From: Hydrolagus affinis
Lineage: Eukaryota
Assembly: GCA_012026655.1 (NCBI GenBank)
Contig: JAAILG010000021.1
Coordinates: 1 to 64,000, forward strand
DNA: 64,000 nt
Direction of reading: 5' to 3'
Shown here in pieces: positions 51,296 to 63,050 of this stretch. A model generated the notes under the pieces. It was not told the DNA's origin. It made no database searches and was given only the letters and a program-made list of their open reading frames with translations. The position numbers and the translations under genes are program-made. The first letter of the stretch is position 1, and the number at the start of each line of letters is the position of its first letter.

Positions 51296-52180
51296 ACAAC
51301 AGCTTGCATTTCTTTAGTGCCCTCCATGCCGGGTGGCGTCTCAGAGCAGTTTACAATGGTGGAACCCGAGACCAAACTAGAGGGATGTGTAAGGTGACCG
51401 TAAGTGCATTTGAAGAGAAAGGTCTTCAGGCCTCAACTGAAGATGGGAAAATGTGTGTGTGTGTGTGTGGGGGGGGAGTGGGGGGGGGCAGGGGAGAGGC
51501 ACAGGGGTTGAGGAAGGGAGTTCCAAAGTTTTGTGGTGTAGTGGCTGAAAGCGTGGCCGCCAATAGTGGAGCAGAGCATCGGGGGACAGGAAGGAGGCCG
51601 GACCCAGCAGAGTGGAGCAACGGATACTGCTGTGAGGAGAGAGGTTAGAGATGTAGGGGGTGTTTGAAGAGTGGAGGGATTTAAACACAAGAGTGAGGAT
51701 CTTTAAGTCGGTCCACTCTGTGACAGAGAGCCAGTGCAGTTTGGCAAGGACTGGGGTAATCGGAGTACGAAGTTTGATCCGGGTGAGAATGCGGGCAGCG
51801 GACTTTGGGATGAGCTGAACTTTGTGAATGGTGGAGGAGGGCAGACCGGTGAGGAGGGCATTAGAGGAGTCCAGCCAAGAGGCGACAAATGCATGAAACA
51901 GGGTTTTGGCAGCTTTTGGGGTGAGGATTAAGATGGGCAATGTGTCGGAGATGGATGAAAGTGGTGCTGGTAAGGGACCAGATGTGGGGGAGGAAAGATA
52001 ACTGGGAATCAAACCTGATGCCTAAGTTGTGCACAGGTTCAGAGAGTTTTAAGGACAGGTCAGGTAGCTGGAGGAGGTCACTACTGTGGGACAGAAGACG
52101 TTGACAGGAGACAATGAGTATGGCTTCCGTCTTGTTAACATTTAACTGCAGAAGGATGGCAGAATGGCAGAAGTATCCAT
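51296..52180 (-). mobile_element. L2 LINE, longest copy in the window (end of RT through 3' tail, frameshifted)
   Basis: ORFs 51861-52229 and 51377-52012 give LQLNVNKTEAIL...VHNLGIRFDSQLSFLPHI and AAKTLFHAFVASWLDSSNALLTGLP...AARILTRIKLRTPITPVLAKLHWL. A tail with stem-loop lies at 51296-51355. Confidence 0.92.
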
Positions 52181-52706
52181 CAAAGAATCTAAAAATGACT
52201 CGTACTGAAACTTGAATATACATAAACACATTATCTAATCAGTTCTGAAGAAATTGGGGGTTGTTGGTACTGATTCTCGCCTTGTGTACATCTGTTTAGC
52301 TGGCAGCAACACAGAAACATCTGCCCAGATAACAACTCCTGCATGTGCCATTTCCATGTGTAGATGAAATCTTGCTTAGAAAATCTGTTCATTTTCTCTC
52401 CCCACCGCCCCACAGAATTGGATAAGTGATTACCACAGTCTTTAAAAGAAAACCCAGAACCCATCAAGAGAAAATAAATGGAATTTTTACATAACGCTTA
52501 AAGCACTTGGAAGGATGGGTTACAGAGCAAAGTGTGCAATATTCCACTCTTCAATTCAAGTTTTCAGAACCCCCACCCAGCTTCAACACATTTAGCAACT
52601 TTATCACAAGATTGTCCAATTGCCACAGGTTGATTTAACAAACAAAAACAAAAGTTGCTGGGAGCACTCAGCTGGTCAGGCAGCATCTATGGAGACAGGA
52701 AAAGTG

Positions 52707-52743
52707 AGTCAATGTTTCAGGTCCACGACCTTTCATCAGAACT
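52707..52743 (-). ncRNA. Minimal type I hammerhead ribozyme motif in the Penelope pseudo-LTR (probably degenerate)
   Basis: Minus strand reads AGUU-CUGAUGA-A-AGGUC-GUG-GACCU-GAAA-CAUU-GACU: both core boxes, a 5-bp stem II and a 4-bp stem I. Confidence 0.7.
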
Positions 52744-53057
52744 GGGGTATGTTGGGAGGGAGAGGCTTTCAGGGATTAACAGAGTGAGAGAGCAAGGCAA
52801 GGAAGACAAAGGAGAAAATTGAGTGGAGGGCAGGAGATGATGGGTTCAAGAGTTGTGAATGTTGTGAAACAAAAAGAAGGAATTGCAAAAAAAAAACTGT
52901 AGAGAAGAGGTGTTAATAGCGTTAAAACAAAGAGTGGGTGAAATTGCCAAAGAACAGGCAGATCAGCTGGTTGCAGAAGAGGGGGAAGGTGAACTGTTAT
53001 GGCCTGAAATTGTTGAAATCAATATTAAGGGCAGATGGCTGTAAGGTCCCTAGCAGA

Positions 53058-53138
53058 CCCTTGTAAAAAAGTACCATGGTAATGGTGGTAGTATCATGGT
53101 ACTACCACCATAACCATGGTACTTATTTTTAACAAGGG
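53058..53138. mobile_element. 81-bp palindromic foldback insertion (MITE-like, CCC...GGG ends, probable 2-bp TSD)
   Basis: cccttgtaaaaaagtaccatggtaatggtggtagta-tcatgg-tactaccaccataaccatggtacttatttttaacaaggg interrupts the Penelope ORF. Confidence 0.85.
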
Positions 53139-53636
53139 GGTGGATAAGGTGCTTTCCTCGAGCTTGCGCTGCAGTTCATTGGAACAGCGTAGGAGACTGT
53201 GGATGGAGAGGTCATATTCCGAGTTGGAAGGAGAGTTAAAATGGCATGAAACCGGTAGGTCAGGGTTATATTTCTGGAAAGAGTGGAGGTGTTCGGCAAA
53301 TTGGTCACCTAATCTGCGTTTGGTCTCCCCATTGTAGAGGAGACCACATCATGAGCAGCAGATGCAATATACTACATCGATGGTAGTACAAATAAATCAC
53401 TGTCTCACATAAAAACTGTGCTTGGGGTCTTGGACAGTGGTGTGGGAAGAGGTGAAATGACATGTGTGGCACGTCCTGCGCTGGCATGGGTAGGTGCCGG
53501 GGGAAGGGGAGCGACTGTTGGTGTTGATAAGGAATGAACCAGGGAGTCATGGAGAGAACGGTCTCTTCGGAATGCTGAGAGGGGATGGGAGGGGAGGGAA
53601 ATATATGTTTTATGGTGGGGTCACGCTGGTCTAGAG

Positions 53637-53944
53637 CAGCGGTTCTCAACCAGGGGTACATGTACCCCAGGGGGTACAAAATTACTTCCAAGGACTGCAC
53701 TTGGCGGTACATTGATTTAGTTAGCTCTCTTATTTAGTGTTTTATAGCCTTCCAAATTGTATATTTAATTGTTATTCCCCTCATTTGGTATGTACTATTT
53801 ATTTTGTTATTCAAGAAAAGCTTGGTCATAAAATGCAAGTGGAATGAGGGGGGTGGTGTGTGTGTGTATGTGATTGGGTGGGGGTACACGATAATGTTGA
53901 AAATTAACAAGGGGTACATTACTGAAAAAGGTTGAGAACCACTG
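53637..53944. mobile_element. Non-autonomous hAT-Charlie-type MITE (308 bp)
   Basis: TIRs CAGCGGTTCTCAACC and GGTTGAGAACCACTG. Perfect 8-bp TSD GTCTAGAG at 53629-53636 and 53945-53952. Repeated internal ggggtac motifs. Confidence 0.93.
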
Positions 53945-53997
53945 GTCTAGAGGACGTGAAAAGCACCATGTCAAATGCCAGGATTATTATTATTAAT
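53945..53997 (+). mobile_element. Family A SINE tail (target of the Charlie MITE)
   Basis: gtctagaggacgtgaaaagcaccatgtcaaatgccaggattattattatt. Confidence 0.75.
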
Positions 53998-55724
53998 ATT
54001 AATTATCAAGAGTACTCCAGCTAGTCAGAAGACAAAAAGGCCTACAATAAGTACATTTTCCTAGCAATAACTTACGAGGTGTAAAGACATCAAGATTGTT
54101 GTTGCATCTGGTGCATTCTCCAGTTAACAGAGCTACGGTTAAGTATAAACACCAGTATTATACAGAGCTATCAACATCAGAAAAATGTTGCAAGATTCAT
54201 TTATTATTTATAATTCACAGAACATGCCATATACACTGTCATGAGTGTGAGCAGCCAGTCTGCTCAAAGTGTGTTGCCTGGGCCAGAAAGTGTCCATAGA
54301 GTCCAGATCCCTCATCCTTGCATTGGGAATAAATCTGAGACTTAACCTGCTTCACACCATTTCTCAGCACAGTACAATTGACCAGAATTGCCCATCCATG
54401 GCTTTCTGTTTTCAAAGCTACTGTCTGCCTTGCAAGACATATGGTGGAACCTGGTAGCCAAGTGCAAGAGAAGTTCCAGGCAGCTGGTATGAGACTAAAT
54501 AATACAAAACGGAGATGAGCAGCAGAAGTAGCCATTAAAGGATCTGAAAATGACTCATGGACTGAGACTGAATACACATGGCTAAACACTATTATATTGT
54601 CAGCCTTTATAAGCTTTACATATATTGTCAACCTCTGTTATTGCGCTATACAAATGTAATTGTTGTTATAAAGCTACTTTCCAATCATTTTCAAATTGTA
54701 GTTACCCTGATCCACGGCCGGATTAAACTAATAAAACAGCTAAGCCAATGCTTGGAGCCCCATAGTCTAAAAATGCTCAAAAGAATTGTATTTTATTACC
54801 AAATTCCCTTGTTGCTTCCATGAATTAGGCATCAGGTGGGGCAATATGATATTATGTCAGGCATGGCCAAATCACTTCATTCTGAAGCAAAACCTGCTCT
54901 ATTTGAAGGTTCTTATCTGAAACATTGGTTAACTGATGAAGAGTGCACATGTGCAGCTGCTGAATTATTAACACAGCTCATAACTTTCCAGCGCATCCCA
55001 CAGGCTTCTGTGCTTTGTCCAAGTCCTGAGTTTTTCTTTATTAGGATATCTTTATAGGATCTTAAAACTTTGTTCTTGCTGTACTGAACAAATGCTGCAG
55101 AATGTCAAATTGTCTATTCTCCCTTAATAGTGCCAGTCTTCACCAATTTTTTAACAGAGCAGAATTTTAAGGAATACAGTATGTAACATACAGAGAAGGA
55201 TTTGTTAAAACACATAAAGGAAGGATATATATTGGGATAAAATACACCACTGTTACATCATGGTTGTGAAAACTATACCAAATTGGTCTCTCTCCCAAGC
55301 TGTGTTTTATTTTCCTGAAAACTGGGTCCCCCTTAAGCACAATTATGATTGACGTGTCAAAGATGTTACACAGAATAAAATTCATATTGGGTTGTAATTC
55401 ATTTATCCCAAAATGTGTTTAATGCTTTACTGGCCATAGAAACAAAATTAATTAATTAATTAATTTTAAATTTATCAACTCAGTGCACAACATACGCAAA
55501 ATCTGCGTTGAACAGATATGCTATACTGATAGAAAATGAAATAATCCATTGAAACTTGGTTGGTAAATTCATTAATCCCCGCCAACCAAAATTAGAGGAG
55601 TTTGCGGGGGAAATGCACTGCTTGTACTGTCAAGCAAAAGTACAACAAATGGAAAATCTAGAAAGAAACAGCACAAAAAACCTCCCTACAAAATTAAGAT
55701 CTGAAGAAAATGCATTCAAATCTA

Positions 55725-56015
55725 CCACCACCAACAACAAAATTACATTTGTAGAACGCCTTTCATGTTGGGAGGACGTCCCAAGGCGCTGAACAGTTAG
55801 GTCGTGTGTGTGTGGGGGTGGGGTCGGGATAGGGGGAAGGAGAGTGGGAAGAGTTAGGAGGGGAGTGAAGGCCCGGTCAAAGAGAAAGGTCTTGAGATTG
55901 GCCTTAAAGGAGGAAAGAGAGGAAGCGAGGCCAAAGGATTGCGGGATGGAGTTCCAGAATGTGGGGGCAGAGAGGCTGAAAGCCCGGCCACTGATAGTAG
56001 GGCGGTTCGGTCGGA
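55725..56015 (-). mobile_element. L2 LINE 3' end
   Basis: caacaacaaaattacatttgtagaacgcctttcatgttgggaggacgtcccaaggcgc...ggagttccagaatgtgggggcagagaggctgaa. Confidence 0.88.
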
Positions 56016-56384
56016 TATAAGAACTGCCAGCATTCTTTCAAGTGAAATTTACAATGTCACATCTGCGTGCAACAAGCAGACATCAGACAGATATAGTTCT
56101 ATAAAAGCTGTAGAAAATGATTTTGTGCAAAGAGACATTGAACTGGCAATTAAAACTGATGAAGTAAAATCAACCATCAAGCTGGCCAGTTCATATCTTA
56201 AATGCAATTTCTAAATATAATCATCTAAGAATTGACAACGTGCGTCAACGGAAGGGTTCAACCACAGATAACATCTCTCAATACCCTAATTATTATGTTA
56301 CTGAGTCACCGAGAGGCAATAAGTAATAATGTGAACAGTGACTATTTGTGCAGTGCAGTGAATACAGATAAATATTATTACATA

Positions 56385-56523
56385 AAACAAAAACAGAAAT
56401 CACTGGGAACACTCAAGGTTGACTAATTTTCCTTTCTCCATGGATGCTGCCTGACCTGCTGAGTGTTCCCAGCGATTTCTGATTTTGTTTCAGATTTCCA
56501 GCATCTGCAGTATTTTGCATTTA
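56385..56523 (+). mobile_element. Penelope pseudo-LTR end with inverted partial duplicate
   Basis: tccatggatgctgcctgacctgctgagtgttcccagcgatttctg...gatttccagcatctgcag. 56385-56415 is the near reverse complement of 56460-56490. Confidence 0.8.
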
Positions 56524-57899
56524 GTAAACATTATTACAAGTTCAGCTAAGACTTGAAAAAAATAACTGACATTAAGGCATCAGGTCACTGCGGACTTCCT
56601 TTCCTGTGTGTTTGATACACCAGGAGTGCTGAAAAGTTCCTTGACAAATTAATATCAATTACTTTTTTGCGTATAATGTGTATGTGCAACCTGCAAGAAG
56701 TCATGTCAGCAGTGACCTGATGACCTGGAAGCCAGCTGATCAGTACACAAAGTCAGGTGTAGCACATTTCTGGTTTGCATAGATCAACAGTAGGCCATCC
56801 AATGAGACAGACTAATACCAAAGGGACTATAAACAAGGTCGCTCACGGAACAGGGAAACAGTGGAGGTAATTCAAGAGGAATTCGATATCCTGAAGGTGT
56901 CTGCAAATTCACGAGGGAAATAAATCAACTCAACTCCCTGAAGTCAATTTTGACCTGATGACCAAGTGAATGAAGTGTATAAAAGATGAATTCTTGCTTT
57001 TGTATTTTTTTTAACTGAGGGTCAGGTGGACCAAAATGGTCTTTTCAATCCCTATACTGTACCTTTCAATTTTCTCCATCAATCATTATTAAAAATTGCT
57101 ATGTAGGATTGTATTTTTGAATTAAAACTATTTGCAGTAACCATGTCCTAATACTAACACTAGAAACATTAGAATAATTTGGAGTAGCAGTACGTGATTT
57201 AGCTACAGGTCGATTTTCCCAGCTTGAAGAGATTTTACAGTATAGATTATGTAGCAAATTAGTAGGTTCATCACAACTAAGTATTGAGGAAGGACAATAG
57301 ATTTATCAATATATTTGATTGGTTAGCAAATAATATTTCATTTGAAGTACTTGTGGTTCTATTCTCTATGCCTTGTGCTTTCACTATGCTAAATCACCAA
57401 TTTACAAGATGCGCTGTTTCTAAATTAGCCTTGGACACTGATCACAGTTGTGTTGTTGGTTACTCGTGCATGAAAGTACAGTACTGCATTGTTACATGTG
57501 CAATGCAACTTTAAAAGACACCAAATAGGTTTTGTGTTATCTACTCAAAAGGAACCAACAAGACGAAAATCATACCAAACATAATCCATGAACCATTATC
57601 ATACATTCATGATCTTTTTGTATATTTGTCAATTTGTACAAATACCCTGTATTTAGAACAAATGTTTGCATCAATCAATCAGAGGAACTTGTTAATGTTA
57701 AGTTGCAAAGTCCAGCTATATATGGAAACAGTATGTAACATCAGGTATTTTCATTAACCCAAGAATCTTCAGCAGTCCCATCATTGGCACGGCTAATGTT
57801 CAGCTCTCTCACATGGTTAGGCTCAGTGACTCCTCAAAACCAGCTGATCAGATGAAGTCTTTGGGAGTCTTTTTTTAAATACTTTTTTTAGAAAAGAAT

Positions 57900-57960
57900 G
57901 ATAATAATAATACTCCTTGCATTTGATATAGCGCTTTTCAGGTCTTCTAGAGATCTCAAA
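57900..57960 (-). mobile_element. Family A SINE tail
   Basis: ataataataatactccttgcatttgatatagcgcttttcaggtcttctagagatctcaaa. Confidence 0.8.
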
Positions 57961-58009
57961 TTAAAAAAAGGAATCGAAGCTAAAACAGCACAACAATTAT
58001 AAAACTAGA

Positions 58010-58350
58010 TGGATAAAGGCCCAGTGAGTCCTTTGCCACATACATACAGACAGATTGCACCTTCAAATCCCTGTCAATGCTGAGTTAACCTGGGTAGCAA
58101 TTAAAGAACTGCATGTGGCCTCTGTGCTTCTGGGTGAGAGATAATATGTCAGGATTCCTCCTGCTCTTATTATTACGCAGTTTACTGCCAGATGTGTATA
58201 CGCATTGACACAGGATCAGGCTGCCGTCCGAACTACCACTAACTTTCAAGGTTCATAAGTGAATAGTGATTCCTTAGCTGAAGGAATTGTGGAATTGTCC
58301 ACAAAAAAAGTTAAAACGCCTCAAAGCAGAGAAGGCAATGGAAAATGTGG
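58010..58350 (+). mobile_element. Ancient SINE-like repeat (family B), near full length but highly decayed
   Basis: ttcaaatccctgtcaatgctgagttaacc...caggattcctcctgctc...gacacaggatcaggct...ggaaaatgtgg follows the same layout as the other family B fragments. Confidence 0.45.
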
Positions 58351-59435
58351 TGTTCGCATAACAAAATTCCCAACCCAATTCAAATTACTGAGAAACACAA
58401 ACTTTATAATGGAAAAATGATACTCCCTCATCTTTATTTAACAGCAGCCACACATCAAGCTACGACTTGTTTCTGTGGTGCTTGTATGCTTTGGAAGCCA
58501 TGACCATATTTGTGGGCAAGAAGTTCTGTCAGAACAAGGAGAACGCCACAACTTTCCATGATGTCAGCTGAGAAGCTGTAGAGTTGGCTGCAGGCCCGCC
58601 TGAAGTACTGCATCTGTTCTTATGCAGGGACTATGTAGCTCAGCTCTTTCACAGCCCAGTCTGCCTGTCTTTTAACTTAATAGCAAAAAAACAAACACGT
58701 TCAACAACAGAAAACCGCGTGTTTCTGCACAACAAAATCAAAAATAAACTTAGTGTGGATCGAATTCCTTCTATATTTCCAATTCTCTTTTACACTTCAC
58801 ACAAGTGTACACAAGTTTCACACTTCACATTAGTTGAAGGTTCCCAGACATTTCCTCTATGCAAAATCTTAAGATAGGTTGCTTTTGGTCAGAATTCTCA
58901 AACAGCTTGTTCCTGTGTAGAACCCAGGTTGTGGGGAGGCCGGGAGGGAGAGAAAGAATGGAGGACTTGACCAGTATTACATATTATTTTCTGGTTTCTG
59001 AATTTATTCATAGATTAAGTGGTTTAAGGTAGGTTTATTGTATCCATTGCCTGGTAACAATAACTGTCATAATAGTACTGTCTGTGTGTAAGAGAGAGAA
59101 AACAAAGTGAGTGGAGACAGGGGAAGAGAGCGATTGAATTGAATGAATTATTAAATGCTCTGGGACTCTACCCTGCGTGAGAGGCGCTATATAAATGCAA
59201 GTTGTTGTTGTAAAAGTATACAGTTGTTAATATTAGATGACTCAATATTTGCATTTCTCAAGGGTTTGAACATCTCTGCTTGACTGATTACATTATTTGA
59301 GGTAAAACTAATAGCAGACATCTAAACTGCCAAAATCAAAAATCATGATCAAGTGCTTTTGGTGATATTCTGTCATCTTTATTTTTAGCTGAATCTTTAA
59401 TTCAAGAAAAAAATCATAGAAATGCAAGGATTCCC

Positions 59436-59709
59436 ATGGTTGAAGGTTGGGGGCACTCGATAGTCCAAAGGTTCGATAGTCCAAACACACAAATTTCCTA
59501 TACCAGCGGTAGCCAGGAGGCTTTACCACTCGATAGTCCGAACCGAAAATGAGATAAGGTTTGTTAATCCGAACGTTTCCATCCTTAGGGTTAGGGTTAG
59601 TGTTAGGTTTAGGGTTAGCATTACGGTTAGGGGAAGCTTCAGACTAACGAACCTTCGGACTATTGAACTTTTGGACTAATGAACCTTCGGACTATCGGGC
59701 GGTAACCAT
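59436..59709. mobile_element. Non-autonomous DNA element with inverted arrays of ~15-bp repeats and a TTAGGG-like core
   Basis: Left units cgatagtcc(a/g)aaggtt; about four right inverted units gaaccttcggacta; core ttagggttagggttagtgttaggtttagggttagcattacggttagg at 59585-59631; ends atggtt and aaccat. Confidence 0.75.
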
Positions 59710-62384
59710 TAAAGGTACCTGAAGATCCTGTGAGTGAAGTAGACAGTTTTACTCAGAAATGAAGAATAAGATGATTAATGTGCTAAATGCACCTCAGGCT
59801 TTATTCAACTCTAACTAATGCCAAAAAAACACAGACATTGTTACATCATTAATAGCATTCTCAGCTGCAATGAGATTCGATGAACTGAGGTACTGTTATA
59901 TTCTTGTGGGTAAAATTATGTTTCAATTGCAACAGTTGTTGAAATGTGATGTTTAAATAAAACCACAAAATAGTGTGCTTGCCTCTTTAAGCATTGGGGT
60001 GCCATGTGAAACTAAGCCCAACAGTTCAACAGCTCTGCACACTCTAGGCCTATTAACTCAGAACTGCTAAGCACCATATTTCTGGGTTTATGTGGTTTCA
60101 CAGGTGGCCAACACCAAGAATGAGCCAGTGTTATACTTAAGTACATTATAACAGGATTTCCCAGTGAGTGGATTTGCGATTATTAAGATCATTCTCAATC
60201 GCACAATACATTTTATCAATACTATTTTGTCATATTTATTATTATTAAATAATTTATCTTATAAAAAGAAAAACTCTTAACATTTATTGTACAAATTAAT
60301 AGAACTCGAAATTGTATATTCATTCATTAACTTCAACTGAATTACAGATAAATCCAAATGTGTTGGAGCTCAAACAAAACACTGGCCATAATAATAAATC
60401 CATTCATTTGGTATGGTACCAATCACCTCGATAAGACTTCACAAAGTGCTTCAACAACAACAAAATTTCACTTATAGAGCGCCTTTCAAGTCGGGAGGAC
60501 ACAGGATTTAGTGTGTAGTGGTGTGACTGTATAGTTGTGGGCAAATAATAGATTTCAGAGGGTTTTTTTGAGGGGGAGAGACTGTATTAATCAAGCAGTA
60601 CATCAAACAATGCAACTGAACACTACAAAGATGCGCAAAGGTCCCAAATGTGCATGCAGTAAGCCAATGTAATACAAATACAGTACATACATGTCACTGT
60701 AATATGCATTTTCACCAACAGATGTCAATGGCTTGCTTGATCAAATATAAACCAAGGTAACAGAAACATTATAAAGGACACTACGGTGCTTATCACTTTG
60801 TTGTTGGAATGACTGAAAAGTAGACAATTAACTTTAATGTTACTAGCTTATGGCACCCATAATCAGAATCATTCCAGGTCTAGGCATCTCACTGTGGATT
60901 AACAGAACCATTGAAAGATGTTTTACCACACAGACACTTATCATGTGCTGCTCGACATGTCTAACAAATCAGTGTCAGTATTTAAATGCACAGCAAGCAA
61001 CCACATTGAATCAGTTTTATTAATTCTGACTTGATCAGTTCACAATGCTTTGGGACTGGGTCTTGACCAGTTTCTGAGTCAGTCATTCATTATATTATAT
61101 TCATTATATCCCTTGCCTTCATTATATCCAGGATATAATATATATCCTGTTATCAGAGCACTTAACCTAACCACGTTTACTGCAGGTGAATCTGAAGTAA
61201 AATAACTTGAGAAATTCTAAATGGAAAAGCTTCTATTAATTATTGAAATCCTCACTTCTGTCACCTCAGAAATAAGGCAAAAGGTCAGGTCTATCGAATA
61301 TAGAATTCTGCTAATTTAAACATAAGCAAAATCATTTTGCAGCTGTCAGCATTATATGAATTGCTCCAGATTTTATAAATCACATAAGCAGCATGGTCTT
61401 AAAGCGCTCTGGGATGCTACGCTGCGTGAGGTGGCTATATAAATATAAGTTGTTGTGGTTATTGCCTAAGAGGCTAGATTTATCACAAACTCTTGCGTTA
61501 ACAACAACGACAACAACTTTGATTTATACAGCGCCCTCAGTTAACACTGGTTCACAGGCAGTGGTGTACCTCAGTACAACGAGAGCAAGAACAGGATATC
61601 TTGGATCATTTGTTAGGCAGTTCCAAGAGTATTATAAAACACGAGTGATACTCAAATAGTTTACAACCAACTCTGAGCTAAAATAAAAAGGTTTTAAATT
61701 ACTTCACATCTCTGTTTGTATTATCCAGTTTAGACTTTATGTAGAGGGTTTGTTTGGCTATTGGCACACACCCTTGTTTTTCAGGTCAATGGCTCACAAT
61801 TTATTCTATGTAGCAGTGGATTAAGAACCATCCTATTCTTACTGCAGCCTTGAGTAAACATTGCAAATGAGATCTATTCTAACAGTAGAGAATATAGATG
61901 CTAATACAGGGGTCAGAATAGAAAAACAGCTGTATTATTGGCGCTCATCGTACAAACTGCATTTTCCGCAGGGAATTCCCTACAACTCACAATGTTTCAA
62001 CCTTGGCTCCAATCCCAATGTTCATTTTCCAGCAAGAAATGCCAGTATTACGGCAGCTTTGATCATTTTAGTGCTTTTACAACTCTACTAAATGAAAGAG
62101 GGGAATTAAAAACCTAACAATCGCTTGATACACAAATAAGAGGGACACCTAGCCTCAGCGTAGTTGGCCAGGCCCACTGCATTATTGGCTGCGTTATAAG
62201 CGAGTTGTAAAAACATGGCTAATCTCTTAATTGTCTGGTTGCTAATGGCATCACTTCCAGAGCATTATGTGCATGTATGTGATGCATGGGAAGCACCGTC
62301 AATGTCACTTCATTCATCCTTTGTGAAGTTATGTCAGAGCCATTTGTTGCCCAGCATGCAAAAAATTATGTCTCCAGTGACTTC

Positions 62385-62545
62385 AATAATAATTGCATTT
62401 GATATTATGTCTTCAAGACGTCTCAAAGCACTTCACAGATTATACTGTAAGTGCAGTGACTGTACATATTGTGGATGCAATGTGGCAGCCAATTGTGCAC
62501 AGCAGTGTCCCACAAACAGTCGCAAATTGAGTGACAACATTTTCT
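62385..62545 (-). mobile_element. Family A SINE, 3' half
   Basis: aataataattgcatttgatattatgtcttcaagacgtctcaaagcacttcacag...gcagccaattgtgcacagcagtgtcccacaaacagtcg. Confidence 0.85.
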
Positions 62546-63050
62546 TTCAAAACGTCAGAGCTGCACAGTGACACAGACAAATACAACAACAAAATTACTC
62601 ATTATTGATAGAAGCAGAATACACACTAGACATTAAGTCAGCTGATACTATAATCAAAGGGTGCTCTAATAGGGTGCCCCTGTTCAATTGAAAGGTGTTC
62701 TCGAGCACATCATTTCTTAAAAATGAAATATCTGCTTCATGCAAAAGTAGCAAAAAATTCAAATTAATTACTAAAAGGCTTCGATCATGGTTTTTAACAT
62801 AATGAAAATATATATAATTGTACACAGAGTTGTGTTGATGTGTTGATTAAAATCCCAAAGTACTGTATAAGGCAGCAGATATTTACAGTTTGTGGTTTTT
62901 CTCAAGTTCCTTCCTCAACTGTTTCTGCCTGAAACAATTTGCTTGTAAATTCAGTCACTCTGAACACTTGGGTTTCTCACTGAATTCTCCTGTGCCTGCT
63001 ATGCCACTGTACATAAGCATTTGCTCAACCGTTACTCCAAGCATTCCTAC

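Larger units (their letters stand above)
52640..53628 (-). mobile_element. Penelope-like element 3' part (decayed GIY-YIG endonuclease plus pseudo-LTR)
   Basis: Minus translation gives PGTYPCQRRTC...FICTTIDVVYCICCS*CGLLYNGETKRRLGDQFAEH...LPVSCHFNS...LGTLQPSALNIDFNNF. The terminal tccatagatgctgcctgaccagctgagtgctcccagc is shared with 56436-56475. Confidence 0.9.

Noticed and set aside
54713-54760. Possible hAT terminal repeat cacggccggattaa
   Set aside because: No matching opposite TIR or TSD was found nearby.
59585-59631. Interstitial telomere or chromosome fusion scar
   Set aside because: It has only about eight degenerate units in one orientation, embedded within a transposon-like inverted-repeat element.
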